Part shown: piece by piece, positions 38,635 to 49,060 of the stretch
Position numbering within the stretch: position 1 is the stretch's first letter
Layout: every line of letters begins with the position of its first letter
IMG/VR virus record: IMGVR_UViG_3300034012_003212
Location: 124,001-188,000 of that record
DNA: 64,000 bases
Strand: one strand, 5' to 3'
The notes under the pieces: model-generated
Database searches by the model: none
Told to the model about the DNA's origin: nothing
The model's input: the letters and a program-made list of their open reading frames with translations, nothing else
Program-made: the position numbers and the translations under genes

Positions 38635-39317
38635 AATTCCTCATACTCCTCTTCTATTACGAGAGGCCTGAAATGCTAAATAGTGCAATCCAGTCTGTTC
38701 TACAGCAGGACTACCACGAGTGGGAAGTTTTTTTGATAGACGATGGCGTAAAATTCAAGGCAAGAGATCACGTGGACTTGAGATGTTTTTCGGAAAATAA
38801 ACTAACACTTGTTGAAATAGGAGACAACGAACAAGTAAAACTCAAGCGCCAGGAAAGACAATCATCATTCGGTGGTAGCATATTTGGTGCGTTCGCAAAT
38901 ACTGCTATGTCAACAACTGATGCGACTCACGCCATAATGTTATGTGATGATGATGAACTCAAACCCGATTATCTATCAAAACTTCGGGATTGGTATTCAT
39001 GTAATGATTCTAATTATTCATATTGCCACCTTGAATTCAAAGATCCGAACAATGGATCATCTGTTGAGAACGACTACACCAGATACTTGAATTCAAAATC
39101 ACACCCAATAAATCCAGTCAATGAGGTCGATTCATCTCAAGTATCTTGGTCTGTTGAGGCATGGAGGAATAGTGGAATACATTTCCCATACCCACAGACA
39201 TCACACCTAGATAGATCCATATTTCAGCAGATGTATTCCTCCTGGGGCGATTGCAGATTTAATGGCATAACCGGTCAGATAAAAGGAATACATAAAGAAC
39301 AATTGATACACAGATGA
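38631..39317 (+). CDS. GT2-family glycosyltransferase
   Basis: YERP, SVLQQDY, IDDG and LCDDD motifs. Confidence 0.85.
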   Translation: MKFLILLFYYERPEMLNSAIQSVLQQDYHEWEVFLIDDGVKFKARDHVDLRCFSENKLTLVEIGDNEQVKLKRQERQSSFGGSIFGAFANTAMSTTDATHAIMLCDDDELKPDYLSKLRDWYSCNDSNYSYCHLEFKDPNNGSSVENDYTRYLNSKSHPINPVNEVDSSQVSWSVEAWRNSGIHFPYPQTSHLDRSIFQQMYSSWGDCRFNGITGQIKGIHKEQLIHR

Positions 39318-40138
39318 TAAATTATATAGTTTCTTTATATTTTGGGCAGCGCAGAAACACAATGGTTCAATCATGTGTTGATGCAGATCCATACTATCTT
39401 TTCAAATGCCACCTTCAAGCGATTGCCAGGTATTCAATGAAAGATGTCCATAAATTCACATTTGTGGTCAATCCATCAGGAGACCAAGAACTCGATGAAG
39501 GTTCTAAAAAAATCCTGGAAGTTTTCAGTAACACGCCAAAACTAAAAGAAAAGAACATAGAAATATTGTTTAACCCAGACAACCGGCACATATCATATGG
39601 TGCATGGAATTTTGGTGTTGAGAATGGCCTAGATGATCCAAAGACGAAATACTTTTTCTTGTTAGAGGATGACTATGTTCCTACTGGAGATGAATTCTAC
39701 GAACCATACGTTAAAAAATCACAGGATGATATAGCATACGTTTGTCAGATGTGGTCTCCGTCAAAAAATCCAAAGGCAAAAACAGCAGGTCGCGTTGCCA
39801 TAACAAATGGCCTATTGAATGCAGATGCAGCCAGAAAATCAAAAGAATTAAACGGGTCATGCTTTGATCTTCCAGAAACACCAGATTATAAGCAGCTCTC
39901 AAATTCAAAGGTTATGTCTGATATAAATAAGAAGTACATATTATGCGGTGTTGCGCAGAACTTCTTCATAAGGCATTTCCTCAATATGGGGATGAGAATA
40001 GTTGACCTAGGCGAAGGGTGGTCTCAATTATTCTTGGATTCAACTGGGGTTAAGCCATATAAAGAAGGCCAAGTATCATACATAGCCCCGATACATGAAT
40101 ATAGGGAGATAGACATGGGGGAATTCCATGGAGATTGA
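39314..40138 (+). CDS. GT-A fold glycosyltransferase-like protein
   Basis: SYGAW and FLLEDDY motifs. Confidence 0.6.
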   Translation: MINYIVSLYFGQRRNTMVQSCVDADPYYLFKCHLQAIARYSMKDVHKFTFVVNPSGDQELDEGSKKILEVFSNTPKLKEKNIEILFNPDNRHISYGAWNFGVENGLDDPKTKYFFLLEDDYVPTGDEFYEPYVKKSQDDIAYVCQMWSPSKNPKAKTAGRVAITNGLLNADAARKSKELNGSCFDLPETPDYKQLSNSKVMSDINKKYILCGVAQNFFIRHFLNMGMRIVDLGEGWSQLFLDSTGVKPYKEGQVSYIAPIHEYREIDMGEFHGD

Positions 40139-41111
40139 TGAAATAAAACTCAATGAACAAAGACAGATTTTCAGTGAGATGATTCATGGATTTAAGGAGT
40201 ATGAAGAGACGATATTCGCACCGAGTCCCGTGATATGGAGCGCACTATCTGATAGGTTCACTGAGGATATCAATAATTTTGGAATAGGCGATTTCCAGGC
40301 AGATTACAAGAATGATTTTTTTGGCACCACCTTTGGATTTGGATCAACCATAACTCCAGGAAGGACGACTGAATTTGATTCTATGTTATGGTCCGTGTGG
40401 AACAATATCCTTGAGCGCGATTCGAAGATATCAAAAAAACTTGGAATTGAGAGTATAGTATCGAGGACGATGCCGCTTGAGACTTCTCCGAATCGAACAC
40501 TCGACCCATCTAAGATTTCCGGGAGACCGGGCCGTGGAATGAAAGACGTTCCCATCAATTGGGACTATCTATTTTCACTCGACACAATACTTTACATTTC
40601 TGAGAGAATTCCTGAGATATTAACTGGAAGTGTGGCAGTATGTGAACTCGGTGCCGGCTGGGGTAGAATTGCACATTATCTATCACAGATAAATCCAAAA
40701 ATACGGTACTACATATTTGACATACCAACATCATTGATTGTTTCATACTGTTACCTAAAGGATTCGGGTGCAAATGTTCATGATTTCAGCATAACAAAGA
40801 GTTCAGAATTCAATGATCTTCGTGATCCAGGAATTTATTGTATGCTCAGCGGGGATTTGGATAAGATACGCGGAAAGGAATTCGCGCTCTTTGTGAACCA
40901 GGCTTCTTTTCAGGAGATGACCCCTGAACAAGTTTCTGGGTATTTCGATATAATCGATAGGACCTCTGAAAATTTCTACACGTTCCAGAGGTATATGGAT
41001 CTTTCTATGTCATATGAATCATATCCGGTTAAGAATAACTGGGAAGTTATATCAGACGGTGATAGCATTTTTAATCCGTTGTGGTTTGAACAATTTATTA
41101 AAATAAACTAG
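40128..41111 (+). CDS. Putative sugar O-methyltransferase
   Basis: ELGAGWGR SAM motif, FDIP and NQASFQEM...YF. Confidence 0.8.
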   Translation: MEIDEIKLNEQRQIFSEMIHGFKEYEETIFAPSPVIWSALSDRFTEDINNFGIGDFQADYKNDFFGTTFGFGSTITPGRTTEFDSMLWSVWNNILERDSKISKKLGIESIVSRTMPLETSPNRTLDPSKISGRPGRGMKDVPINWDYLFSLDTILYISERIPEILTGSVAVCELGAGWGRIAHYLSQINPKIRYYIFDIPTSLIVSYCYLKDSGANVHDFSITKSSEFNDLRDPGIYCMLSGDLDKIRGKEFALFVNQASFQEMTPEQVSGYFDIIDRTSENFYTFQRYMDLSMSYESYPVKNNWEVISDGDSIFNPLWFEQFIKIN

Positions 41112-41119
41112 AGGTACGT

Positions 41120-41809
41120 GTGTTGGGTAACATAGAAAGAGAAATGGATATACAAATAAGACCGATGATCGAATCCGATCTTCCTGTTGTAAATCATATA
41201 AGGAACCAGTCCAGATCATTTTTGCACAATGAATCTGAGTACACATTAGATCAAACAATATCGTGGTTCTTCGATACAAACCCAGAATGGTATATCATAG
41301 AAGCAAACGAACGAGTTGTTGGATACTTTAGAACATCTGAACACTCGCATGAAAACAGGAGCATGTGTATAGGAGCTGACATAGAAGAAGAATCCAGGGG
41401 AAAGGGAATAGCGAAGCAGGCGTACAGGAAAATGATGAGGTTCCTTTTTGAGAAACATAAATTACAAGTAATACGCCTCGAGGTTCTAGAGACGAACACA
41501 AGGGCTATTTCGCTCTACAAAAAACTCGGATTTACTGAGAATTGCACAACTAAGGTGTGGAGGAAATCAGAAAAAAGATGGATAGATTCCATACATATGA
41601 GTATGCATAGGGTCGATTTCATATCATACCAGTTAAATGGAAGAGATGGAATTCCCCTTAGCCCATGCAATGGAATATGTTCAAAGGGAGAGAGTATGTG
41701 CTTATCATGCGGAAGGACATTGGAAGAGATAAGCCAATGGAAAAATATGGAGATTGGCAGTAAGATTGCATGCATCGATAGAATATCAAAAAATAAAGGA
41801 ATTTGGTAA
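41120..41809 (+). CDS. PseH/RimJ-like GNAT acetyltransferase fused to a C-terminal DUF1289-like Cys domain
   Basis: RGKGIA and NTRAISLYKKLGF GNAT motifs; SPCNGIC...CLSCGRTLEEISQW. Confidence 0.8.
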   Translation: MLGNIEREMDIQIRPMIESDLPVVNHIRNQSRSFLHNESEYTLDQTISWFFDTNPEWYIIEANERVVGYFRTSEHSHENRSMCIGADIEEESRGKGIAKQAYRKMMRFLFEKHKLQVIRLEVLETNTRAISLYKKLGFTENCTTKVWRKSEKRWIDSIHMSMHRVDFISYQLNGRDGIPLSPCNGICSKGESMCLSCGRTLEEISQWKNMEIGSKIACIDRISKNKGIW

Positions 41810-41903
41810 AAAACCAATAGGTTTTTCATATACCTTTTGCAAGTATAGTCAAGAATAACAAAGGCGCATGACGCGAGTATAATACAAAAAACAAGGAGAT
41901 GCT

Positions 41904-42116
41904 ATGGATAGAAATATTTTAATGGATAAAATCAGAGATGCATTTGAGACTTCATCTGAAGATGTGAAATGTGTAGAATGCGATAGTCTTCACTTTGTTG
42001 CCAGAATTCGCCTCAGGAGATTGAGTCCAATAACGAGCCCAACTGGACAGGAAATCATACTACCTCAGGAAATCTACGTGTGTTCGAAGTGTGGCACATC
42101 ACTACCCGAGGCATGA
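41904..42116 (+). CDS. Small Zn-ribbon protein
   Basis: CVEC...SPTGQE...CSKCG. Confidence 0.65.
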   Translation: MDRNILMDKIRDAFETSSEDVKCVECDSLHFVARIRLRRLSPITSPTGQEIILPQEIYVCSKCGTSLPEA

Positions 42117-42150
42117 TTTTTTAGCCTAGCATTTTGATATATACTTGAAT

Positions 42151-42654
42151 ATGAATTTGAACTACTCATTAGATTTTAAGAATAGGTTACATGTATTATG
42201 TTGGGGTTTCATACTCATTTGTATGGTATCAGTAGCATATGTAAATCCTCTTTTAATACTGGTAATTGAGTTCGCTAGAATAACATTCTATGATGATTTA
42301 ATTTCATTATTCGTTGATAGTTTAAGCAAAAAGATAATCGAGCCGATAAATTCTGTAATAGATTTACAACAGAATGATCAGCAGAAACAGCCAAATAACA
42401 AAGAAAATATCGTCAACACTTCTGCAATAGAAGTGCTAGAACCACAGTTAAATATACTTTCCAAATCGGCAACTTCAAAAAAGTCCAGCGATAATCCACC
42501 AACTCGAAGAAAGAACCGTGAGCCCATTCCTACGGCTGCGGCGATTTCTCCTGCAATCACCAGGGAGACGCGAAAGCGCAAGCCTAAAACTCCCGTAACC
42601 CCCACCACAAGTGGTTCAAAGAGACGATCTCGAAAGGGAAAGAATTCAAACTAG
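42151..42654 (+). CDS. Membrane protein with basic disordered C-terminus
   Basis: N-terminal hydrophobic segment; GATATATAC at 42136-42144. Confidence 0.55.
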   Translation: MNLNYSLDFKNRLHVLCWGFILICMVSVAYVNPLLILVIEFARITFYDDLISLFVDSLSKKIIEPINSVIDLQQNDQQKQPNNKENIVNTSAIEVLEPQLNILSKSATSKKSSDNPPTRRKNREPIPTAAAISPAITRETRKRKPKTPVTPTTSGSKRRSRKGKNSN

Positions 42655-42738
42655 TGTTTTCATACTAGAAATTCTTTTCTTATTTTAGATCGGAATCTGA
42701 GGATTCCTTAACATTTTTGTTAAAAATAAGGAAAACAT

Positions 42739-43212
42739 ATGATAAGAACCAACGTACATGGTCGGTTTATGGCCATTTTCATTTTTTTACTGATGACAGA
42801 CCTCACCGCATTGGAGGTAAATGTAGATGATCTGGCATGTAATGCTTTTGTTGAATCCATCATCCAGATCGAAAGCAAAGGAAACGACAAAAGCATAGCG
42901 AAAGACGGGTCCGCTGGACCATTACAGATAAAACCCGTTCTCGTAAAAGATGTCAACAGAATTTTAAGACGCCGCGGAGACAGCTCACTATTCACACTCG
43001 CCGATAGGTTTGATCGAAAGAAAGCCATAGATATGTTCTGGATTTACCAGAATTACTACGGATCTGAAAGTGATTCATTTGAAGTTATGGCCCGTAGATG
43101 GAATGGAGGGCCGGCTGGGCCAAGATCTAAGAAGACCAAGAAATATTGGCAGAAGGTCCACAAGGTGTTCGGAGGAAATGTACAAAAGAAGCTGTCACGG
43201 AGTAACACGTGA
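42739..43212 (+). CDS. Lysozyme-like protein (i-type/transglycosylase) with N-terminal hydrophobic anchor
   Basis: IIQIES catalytic Glu, AGPLQI and ARRWNGGP motifs. Confidence 0.8.
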   Translation: MIRTNVHGRFMAIFIFLLMTDLTALEVNVDDLACNAFVESIIQIESKGNDKSIAKDGSAGPLQIKPVLVKDVNRILRRRGDSSLFTLADRFDRKKAIDMFWIYQNYYGSESDSFEVMARRWNGGPAGPRSKKTKKYWQKVHKVFGGNVQKKLSRSNT

Positions 43213-43218
43213 CAGCAT

Positions 43219-43728
43219 TTAACGATCAGGGCATTTCTGTGCAAAACAGGTAAATGAGTTATACGCATCCACGCCGGATACGAATAAATTCCTTATGTTT
43301 GGATGGTCCTCTAAGAAATCGCGAATCATCTCAGGCCTAAATGAATGTATGTGTTTTCTGTTATTCCACGGTCTCCAGTATTTCTGAGAATAGTCCGGAA
43401 GATAGAGGAAAAGAACGCCCCCGAATTTTAGAGAATCTATCCAGTAGTCCAGAGCTTCTGTCCAGTTAGGCACGTGTTCCAAGCAGTGACTGGAGAATAC
43501 GTAATCTAGCTCCTTCTGTGGAAAATTAGTCGCATGGAATCTATCATCTATTGCTGGATCCACGGGAATCGATCCTGGTAGGCTCCATTCAATCCTATTG
43601 CATCCAACATCTACTCCAACTCCTTTGCACACCTCAGAAGCAAATGGGAACGCGAATCTCGCAGCAAATCCTTCTGTCTGAAATTTAGGGTACAGTTGAC
43701 CCTTGAATTCTACCGTTTCTATTGGCAT
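43219..43728 (-). CDS. SAM-dependent methyltransferase
   Basis: VDVGC, FSSHCLEH and GGVLFLYLP motifs. Confidence 0.85.
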   Translation of the reverse strand: MPIETVEFKGQLYPKFQTEGFAARFAFPFASEVCKGVGVDVGCNRIEWSLPGSIPVDPAIDDRFHATNFPQKELDYVFSSHCLEHVPNWTEALDYWIDSLKFGGVLFLYLPDYSQKYWRPWNNRKHIHSFRPEMIRDFLEDHPNIRNLFVSGVDAYNSFTCFAQKCPDR

Positions 43729-43778
43729 AGTTTTCTCGATAAAAGTAACAACGAATGCATAGTATTATATAATATGGC

Positions 43779-44363
43779 ATGGTGAAGGTTTACTGCACAT
43801 TTATCAAAAACGGCGTCTATACGAAGGAATGGGTGTATAAACTTCGTGACAGGATATCAAGGAATTCTACGGTTCCCTTTGAATTTATATGCCTAACAAA
43901 TGAGAAATTGCTGGGAATAGATACAATAGCCATAAAAAATGTCGACGAACAATGGGCCAAAATTGAATTATGCAACCCATCGATAGATGGAAGGATCCAT
44001 CACATTGGTCTGGATTCTTTCATCATAGGAAATATAGACTTCTTCCTAAGAGAAGAAGAGTCGCTTCTATCATATGATTCCACCGAAGAAACCATCAAGA
44101 GCTCCTCAATATTCATCCTCAATGAGCACGAGAGATCACTCGTGTGGAATTCTGCGTGTAAATTTCATGAATGCATTGATGTATATGCAGATTGTCTGGA
44201 CGGTAAGTTGAGGACTATTCAAGAGAAACATCCAGGAAAAATTCAACGCTGCAAGTCCCCGGATGATGTGCTACTGTTTGGAACGAAGATACTGAATTTT
44301 TCAGGAGAAGCAAGACCTTCTGACTTTAAGGATAAACACTGGCTTAAAACATACTACTGGTAA
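43779..44363 (+). CDS. GT8-like glycosyltransferase (degenerate)
   Basis: FICLTN, WAKIEL, GLDSFIIGNID (DxD altered) and FSGEARP. Confidence 0.55.
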   Translation: MVKVYCTFIKNGVYTKEWVYKLRDRISRNSTVPFEFICLTNEKLLGIDTIAIKNVDEQWAKIELCNPSIDGRIHHIGLDSFIIGNIDFFLREEESLLSYDSTEETIKSSSIFILNEHERSLVWNSACKFHECIDVYADCLDGKLRTIQEKHPGKIQRCKSPDDVLLFGTKILNFSGEARPSDFKDKHWLKTYYW

Positions 44364-44364
44364 A

Positions 44365-45114
44365 ATGGCACTTTGGTTCTACGATAAAGATAGGTGGAAG
44401 ACCATAAACATGCACAAGAAGGAAAACAACCTAACCGCATTCATATGCGGAGGCGGACCTTCGCTGTCTTTGGTGGACCCCCTTGTTCTTCAAGGAAAGA
44501 ATAGATTGATCGTGGGAATGAATAATACGTACCCGTTTATACAGCCGGACATATGGGTTGGAATGGATATTCCAGAATGTTACGATTCCTCTTTGTTCTG
44601 GGAACCCTTTCCTAAAATTATGAGGGGGAATTATGGTTCAAGGATTCACCGAGGGTATGAAGTCAGAAACCTCAACTCTATGTATTTTGCTGATGTTGTC
44701 GAGGGAAAATCCGATGAAACCTTCTTTGACATGACGGAAGACATGAAATTTTCATGGAAGAAAAACACCCTCGCATTTGCCCTTCAATTTACTCTGTGGT
44801 TAGGTGTAAAAAACATACGCCTCGTGGGAGTAGACCTAGACAATTCAAAGAAGGATTATCATGATGGGACGTATTTATCAGATGCTCAACGGGCATCTAA
44901 TTCATTGTTGTATGATCAACTCTTTCCATTTTTGAAATGGTTCAATGTAGAATCACAGAAGAGAGGAATAAATGTTGCATCATGCTCCCATAATTCCAGA
45001 ATAAATGAAATATTCCCATACATCCATTACATGGATGCGATAAAATACCTTGAAATAGATGTTCCAAGGGGAAGACTAAAAACCCATGTTCTCGAAAAGG
45101 ATGAAAATGAATAA
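44365..45114 (+). CDS. DUF115/Maf-like (sialyltransferase-fold) glycosyltransferase
   Basis: ICGGGPSL, GMNN, PDIWVGMD and LGVKNIRLVGVD motifs. Confidence 0.7.
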   Translation: MALWFYDKDRWKTINMHKKENNLTAFICGGGPSLSLVDPLVLQGKNRLIVGMNNTYPFIQPDIWVGMDIPECYDSSLFWEPFPKIMRGNYGSRIHRGYEVRNLNSMYFADVVEGKSDETFFDMTEDMKFSWKKNTLAFALQFTLWLGVKNIRLVGVDLDNSKKDYHDGTYLSDAQRASNSLLYDQLFPFLKWFNVESQKRGINVASCSHNSRINEIFPYIHYMDAIKYLEIDVPRGRLKTHVLEKDENE

Positions 45115-45775
45115 AAATCTAAACGCATTTTTTGATCGAATATACTGCATAAATCTCGACAAACGAAAGGATCGATGGGAAAAATCAAGCGATCTGTTCA
45201 ATGAATATAGCATTGATGTAACAAGGGTTTCTGGAATAGAAGATCCGACTCTTCCCTGGGATGGCCTCAGGAGAACGATAATCGGTGTATTTGATACTGC
45301 CATAAAAGAGGGGCTCAATCGAATCCTTATATTAGAGGATGACATCGATTGGACCAATGATTCTATTTCAGGATTCGATCCATGCAAGAATTCCCTTCCT
45401 GATGATTGGGATATGTTCTATTTCAGCGCCGCCCATCAATTCTGGCCAGTAAAACACAATAATCACTTGTTTAAACTTTCATGGTCTACTGCAGCTCATG
45501 CCATAGGATTTAATTCAAAGTGTTTTTCGTTTATCAGGGAATCATTACAAGATAATAAAAAAGCTATAGATGTGACATACTCCGATTTGCAGAAAAAATT
45601 AAATGCGTACTGTGCGATAGATCCCATCGCATGGCAGAGGAGAGATTACAGTGACATAGAGCACCAGGAAAAATGGTACCCGTATCTCAAGAACTTGAAC
45701 TTTTACGAAGAATATATGTATAATAAAGTGACTGTTGACGGAAGGGATACTATCACTGGCGAACAGAAATTTTAA
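45086..45775 (+). CDS. GT25-family glycosyltransferase
   Basis: YCINLDKRKDR, ILEDD and DWDMFY motifs. Confidence 0.85.
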   Translation: MFSKRMKMNKNLNAFFDRIYCINLDKRKDRWEKSSDLFNEYSIDVTRVSGIEDPTLPWDGLRRTIIGVFDTAIKEGLNRILILEDDIDWTNDSISGFDPCKNSLPDDWDMFYFSAAHQFWPVKHNNHLFKLSWSTAAHAIGFNSKCFSFIRESLQDNKKAIDVTYSDLQKKLNAYCAIDPIAWQRRDYSDIEHQEKWYPYLKNLNFYEEYMYNKVTVDGRDTITGEQKF

Positions 45776-45786
45776 AGGCATTTGCA

Positions 45787-46740
45787 ATGAAAATTCTTCT
45801 AACAGGCGGAGCTGGTTTCATAGGAAGCCACATAGCAGAGATGTATTGTTCACATGGTTTTGACGTCGTAGTGGTCGATGACCTCTCGACTGGAAAACTT
45901 GCAAATCTTGCATTTGATTCCAGCCACCATCTGAAATTTGTGCATGAAGATATAAGGGACCCCGAAGCGATGGAACGGGTGTTCGATGAATACGGGCCTT
46001 TCGATATCGTGAACCACCAGGCGGCACATGTGTCCGTATCTGAATCAATGAAGTCCCCGGTTCATGACATAGAAACTAATATCATAGGGACATTGAATGT
46101 TCTTTCGATAGCGAGAGGTTGCTCTAAATTCATATTCTCTTCATCCGGGGGAACAGTATATGGAATGCACACAACCCCGAGGGATGAGAGTCATCCAACG
46201 GAACCATTATCCATCTATGGCGTTTCGAAACTTGCATGCGAAAAATTGGTAAAGTTGAAGGCAGGGGAGATGAATTTCTCTTATGCTATACTCAGGTACG
46301 CTAACGTATATGGCCCAAAACAAACACCGCACGGAGAGGCTGGAGTAGTCTCTATATTTCTCGAAAAGATGTTATCCGACCAAGTGTGCACACTCTACAG
46401 CGGAGGTCAGTGCAGTAGGGATTACATCTACGTGACAGACGTCGTTAAAGCCAATGAAATATGCACGCTAACACCGGGAGCAAATGGAATATATAACGTC
46501 TCGACAGGTAAGACTATAAGGACAAAAGAGGTGTATTCGTTTCTTTCAGAAAAACTTATAGAAAAATCTATTGTTGATAGCACGAAAAAGGAATTAGCTC
46601 CTGATAGAGCGGGAGATATTCCATACTCGTGTTGCATACCTGGTTGCATACCCAGCTGGAAACCGGAAGTTGATTTTGAAAGAGGTCTTGATAATTTGCT
46701 GGCGTACGCAAACTGTAAGGAGGATGTATGCGTGAAATAG
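45787..46740 (+). CDS. NAD-dependent epimerase (UDP-glucose 4-epimerase-like)
   Basis: TGGAGFIG, YGVSK, RYANVYGP and RDYIYV motifs. Confidence 0.93.
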   Translation: MKILLTGGAGFIGSHIAEMYCSHGFDVVVVDDLSTGKLANLAFDSSHHLKFVHEDIRDPEAMERVFDEYGPFDIVNHQAAHVSVSESMKSPVHDIETNIIGTLNVLSIARGCSKFIFSSSGGTVYGMHTTPRDESHPTEPLSIYGVSKLACEKLVKLKAGEMNFSYAILRYANVYGPKQTPHGEAGVVSIFLEKMLSDQVCTLYSGGQCSRDYIYVTDVVKANEICTLTPGANGIYNVSTGKTIRTKEVYSFLSEKLIEKSIVDSTKKELAPDRAGDIPYSCCIPGCIPSWKPEVDFERGLDNLLAYANCKEDVCVK

Positions 46741-47009
46741 TGCTTGTCGCGGAAGAAAATAACCGCAAGGAGGCCGAGATGATAGAAAACAGAAAGGTGA
46801 TTGCTTTGTCTGAGAAATTCAATATAGACAAAGATGCACTGAAGAACATATCGTTCGAAGATTGGTCACGTGGATACATCTGCGTAATATCAAAATCAAG
46901 AATCGAACAGATGGATTCAAATGATCATATAGTACATCAGTATGGAGAGGTTAGTAATAATCATTACTACTTTGTCAAGAATGAGGCAATTTTCAATAAG
47001 GATGAATAA
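46728..47009 (+). CDS. Hypothetical protein
   Basis: 93-aa ORF with AGGAGG upstream. Confidence 0.55.
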   Translation: MREIVLVAEENNRKEAEMIENRKVIALSEKFNIDKDALKNISFEDWSRGYICVISKSRIEQMDSNDHIVHQYGEVSNNHYYFVKNEAIFNKDE

Positions 47010-47299
47010 TGGGTAGCACAAAAAGCGCAGAAAAAATAATATTCTTGAAGTCAAATTCACCCGGGCCTTATGATATACCCATGAATGTTGTCGACGAGAA
47101 CGAAACAAGATACCTCTTTGAAATTGAGATCGACGATGCTTTCCATAGTTTTCCGATACTCAAAGAGGATATAGTCAGTAGTATATCCCTTCCGAGTGAA
47201 GATAGCACTATAATGGTGGAACTGAAGAAGGAAGCAATGGAAGTACTATATCGAGACATAGTGAGTATGGTTCGTTCCAATAATAACGATATATTCTGA
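47009..47299 (+). CDS. Hypothetical protein
   Basis: 96-aa ORF coupled to its neighbours. Confidence 0.55.
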   Translation: MGSTKSAEKIIFLKSNSPGPYDIPMNVVDENETRYLFEIEIDDAFHSFPILKEDIVSSISLPSEDSTIMVELKKEAMEVLYRDIVSMVRSNNNDIF

Positions 47300-48009
47300 T
47301 GAATCTCAACAATTACTTTGATCATATCTATTGCTTGAATCTCCCGGAATGCAAAGAAAGAGCAGCGGATACTCAGAAGAGGTGTGATGATTTCGGTATA
47401 TCCTTCTCATTTTTTCCTGCCATATCTGGAAAGTTGTTCTCAGACATACATTCCGGCTATTCTGGCGCACGAAGCACAAGGGTGTCTAACCCTAATTACA
47501 TGGCATGTGCATTGGGTCACCTGTCAATATACAGACACGCTCTGAGCAATTCATACGATAGGATACTTGTCATAGAGGACGACCTTTTGTTCAACCGTAA
47601 CATGGATTCCATTTTGGTTTCTGCAAAAGACGAGATACCCGACCAGTGGGACCTATTATATCTTGCATTCATACCGCTGACCGATGATCTCATGTTCTGG
47701 AATTACGGGATAATCGATGACAGATTCATCGGAGATAAGGTGTTTAGAGCAAAGAACCTGTGGTCGGCAATGGCGTATGGAATATCGGCCGACACTATGA
47801 GATGGATGGTTGATAGGTTCAACGGTTCTTTTGACAAGGAACTCGATCGTGTATTCGTTGAAGAGGTCCAGCCTAGGGGGAATTCTTTTGCTGTGTGCCC
47901 CCAGATTTTTGCAGGATACGATAATATGTCGAACAACTCTGAGCGTTTTGACACGATATTCGTAAAGAGCTTCGATTCCCGCAGGGCAAGGCCCGAGGAT
48001 TATGTTTAA
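47299..48009 (+). CDS. GT25-family glycosyltransferase
   Basis: YCLNL, CALGH, IEDD and WDLLYL motifs. Confidence 0.85.
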   Translation: MNLNNYFDHIYCLNLPECKERAADTQKRCDDFGISFSFFPAISGKLFSDIHSGYSGARSTRVSNPNYMACALGHLSIYRHALSNSYDRILVIEDDLLFNRNMDSILVSAKDEIPDQWDLLYLAFIPLTDDLMFWNYGIIDDRFIGDKVFRAKNLWSAMAYGISADTMRWMVDRFNGSFDKELDRVFVEEVQPRGNSFAVCPQIFAGYDNMSNNSERFDTIFVKSFDSRRARPEDYV

Positions 48010-48020
48010 CGTTACACTAT

Positions 48021-48302
48021 ATGGATATGGATTCTAGAATTCAGATGGAATTTTTGGATAGATTCACTATTATGACAAAACTTGATTTCTGTTTTGGCAT
48101 ATGCACACTCATCCTTGATATTTTAGAAAAGGATGAAAGGGATAAATTCAAGAAGGTTAAAATTGAGTGGGAAAAGGCGATCAGGGAAAGATTTGAGTTG
48201 GGAATAAAGACCATCCAGGAGTATGAGACCGTGACTGAAGATGACATCAAGAACCTTAACCTATTCTTGGATGCAACATTAAAGGAGATGAATCTAAAAT
48301 GA
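48021..48302 (+). CDS. Hypothetical protein
   Basis: 93-aa ORF. Confidence 0.55.
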   Translation: MDMDSRIQMEFLDRFTIMTKLDFCFGICTLILDILEKDERDKFKKVKIEWEKAIRERFELGIKTIQEYETVTEDDIKNLNLFLDATLKEMNLK

Positions 48303-48565
48303 TGACGAGTAAAGATGAGATATGGAAAAGAGCTAATGCAGCAAATGCAATTAGGTGTATAGCGCTTCTCGAGAGGATTTTTCCTAGTATGGCATCAGAT
48401 GCTATCATAGAATCTGGCAGCGTGTCGTCTGTTGAGAAGGTATCAACGAAGGAAAGAGCCCTTGAAAAAATTCGCCTCGGCCTCCAATCAATAACGGAAA
48501 CCGAGGCGAAAAATATACTGCTCGCACTCGACGAGAAAAAACCACAAAGATCTATAAAATTCTGA
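48299..48565 (+). CDS. Hypothetical protein
   Basis: 88-aa ORF with ATGA overlap. Confidence 0.55.
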   Translation: MMTSKDEIWKRANAANAIRCIALLERIFPSMASDAIIESGSVSSVEKVSTKERALEKIRLGLQSITETEAKNILLALDEKKPQRSIKF

Positions 48566-48567
48566 TC

Positions 48568-49047
48568 TTAGAGAATCGGGCACTGGAAGTTATTCGTTCC
48601 AGTGAACTCAGCACACGCAAGATCATACATGCGTTTTGACATTTCTGGATCATTTACCGTCTTCCACTTTGCAGTATCAGCTCCCTGTGCAGCAAAGCTA
48701 GCTTCAAGTTCTAATTTATTTTTAGAGACCATGTAGTCTACTGCTGAATCCATCCATGATTTGAAACTGCTCATCTGTGACTGAGATAGTTCTCCTTGTT
48801 TTTGGGTGAACTCATCCAGATCTTTCATAACCTCATCCTTCTTTTTCTCCATTTCGGCGTAGATACGAGAACGCTCATCTGCGCTCTTCGCTTCCTTTAG
48901 AAGTTTTGTGTAAGACAGTTCTATATCCACCAACTTCTTTGCCTGGGTTTTTACCATCGTAACAGAAGAATCAACGATCTTTTTGAAATCGTCTACTGTC
49001 ATCTCGGACTCAAATATGAAATCCTTGAATTTTTTTACAAATGCCAT
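48568..49047 (-). CDS. Helical protein with capsid-targeting-like N-terminus
   Basis: Starts MAFVKKFKDFIFES. Confidence 0.65.
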   Translation of the reverse strand: MAFVKKFKDFIFESEMTVDDFKKIVDSSVTMVKTQAKKLVDIELSYTKLLKEAKSADERSRIYAEMEKKKDEVMKDLDEFTQKQGELSQSQMSSFKSWMDSAVDYMVSKNKLELEASFAAQGADTAKWKTVNDPEMSKRMYDLACAEFTGTNNFQCPIL

Positions 49048-49060
49048 AGTCTAATTTTTT

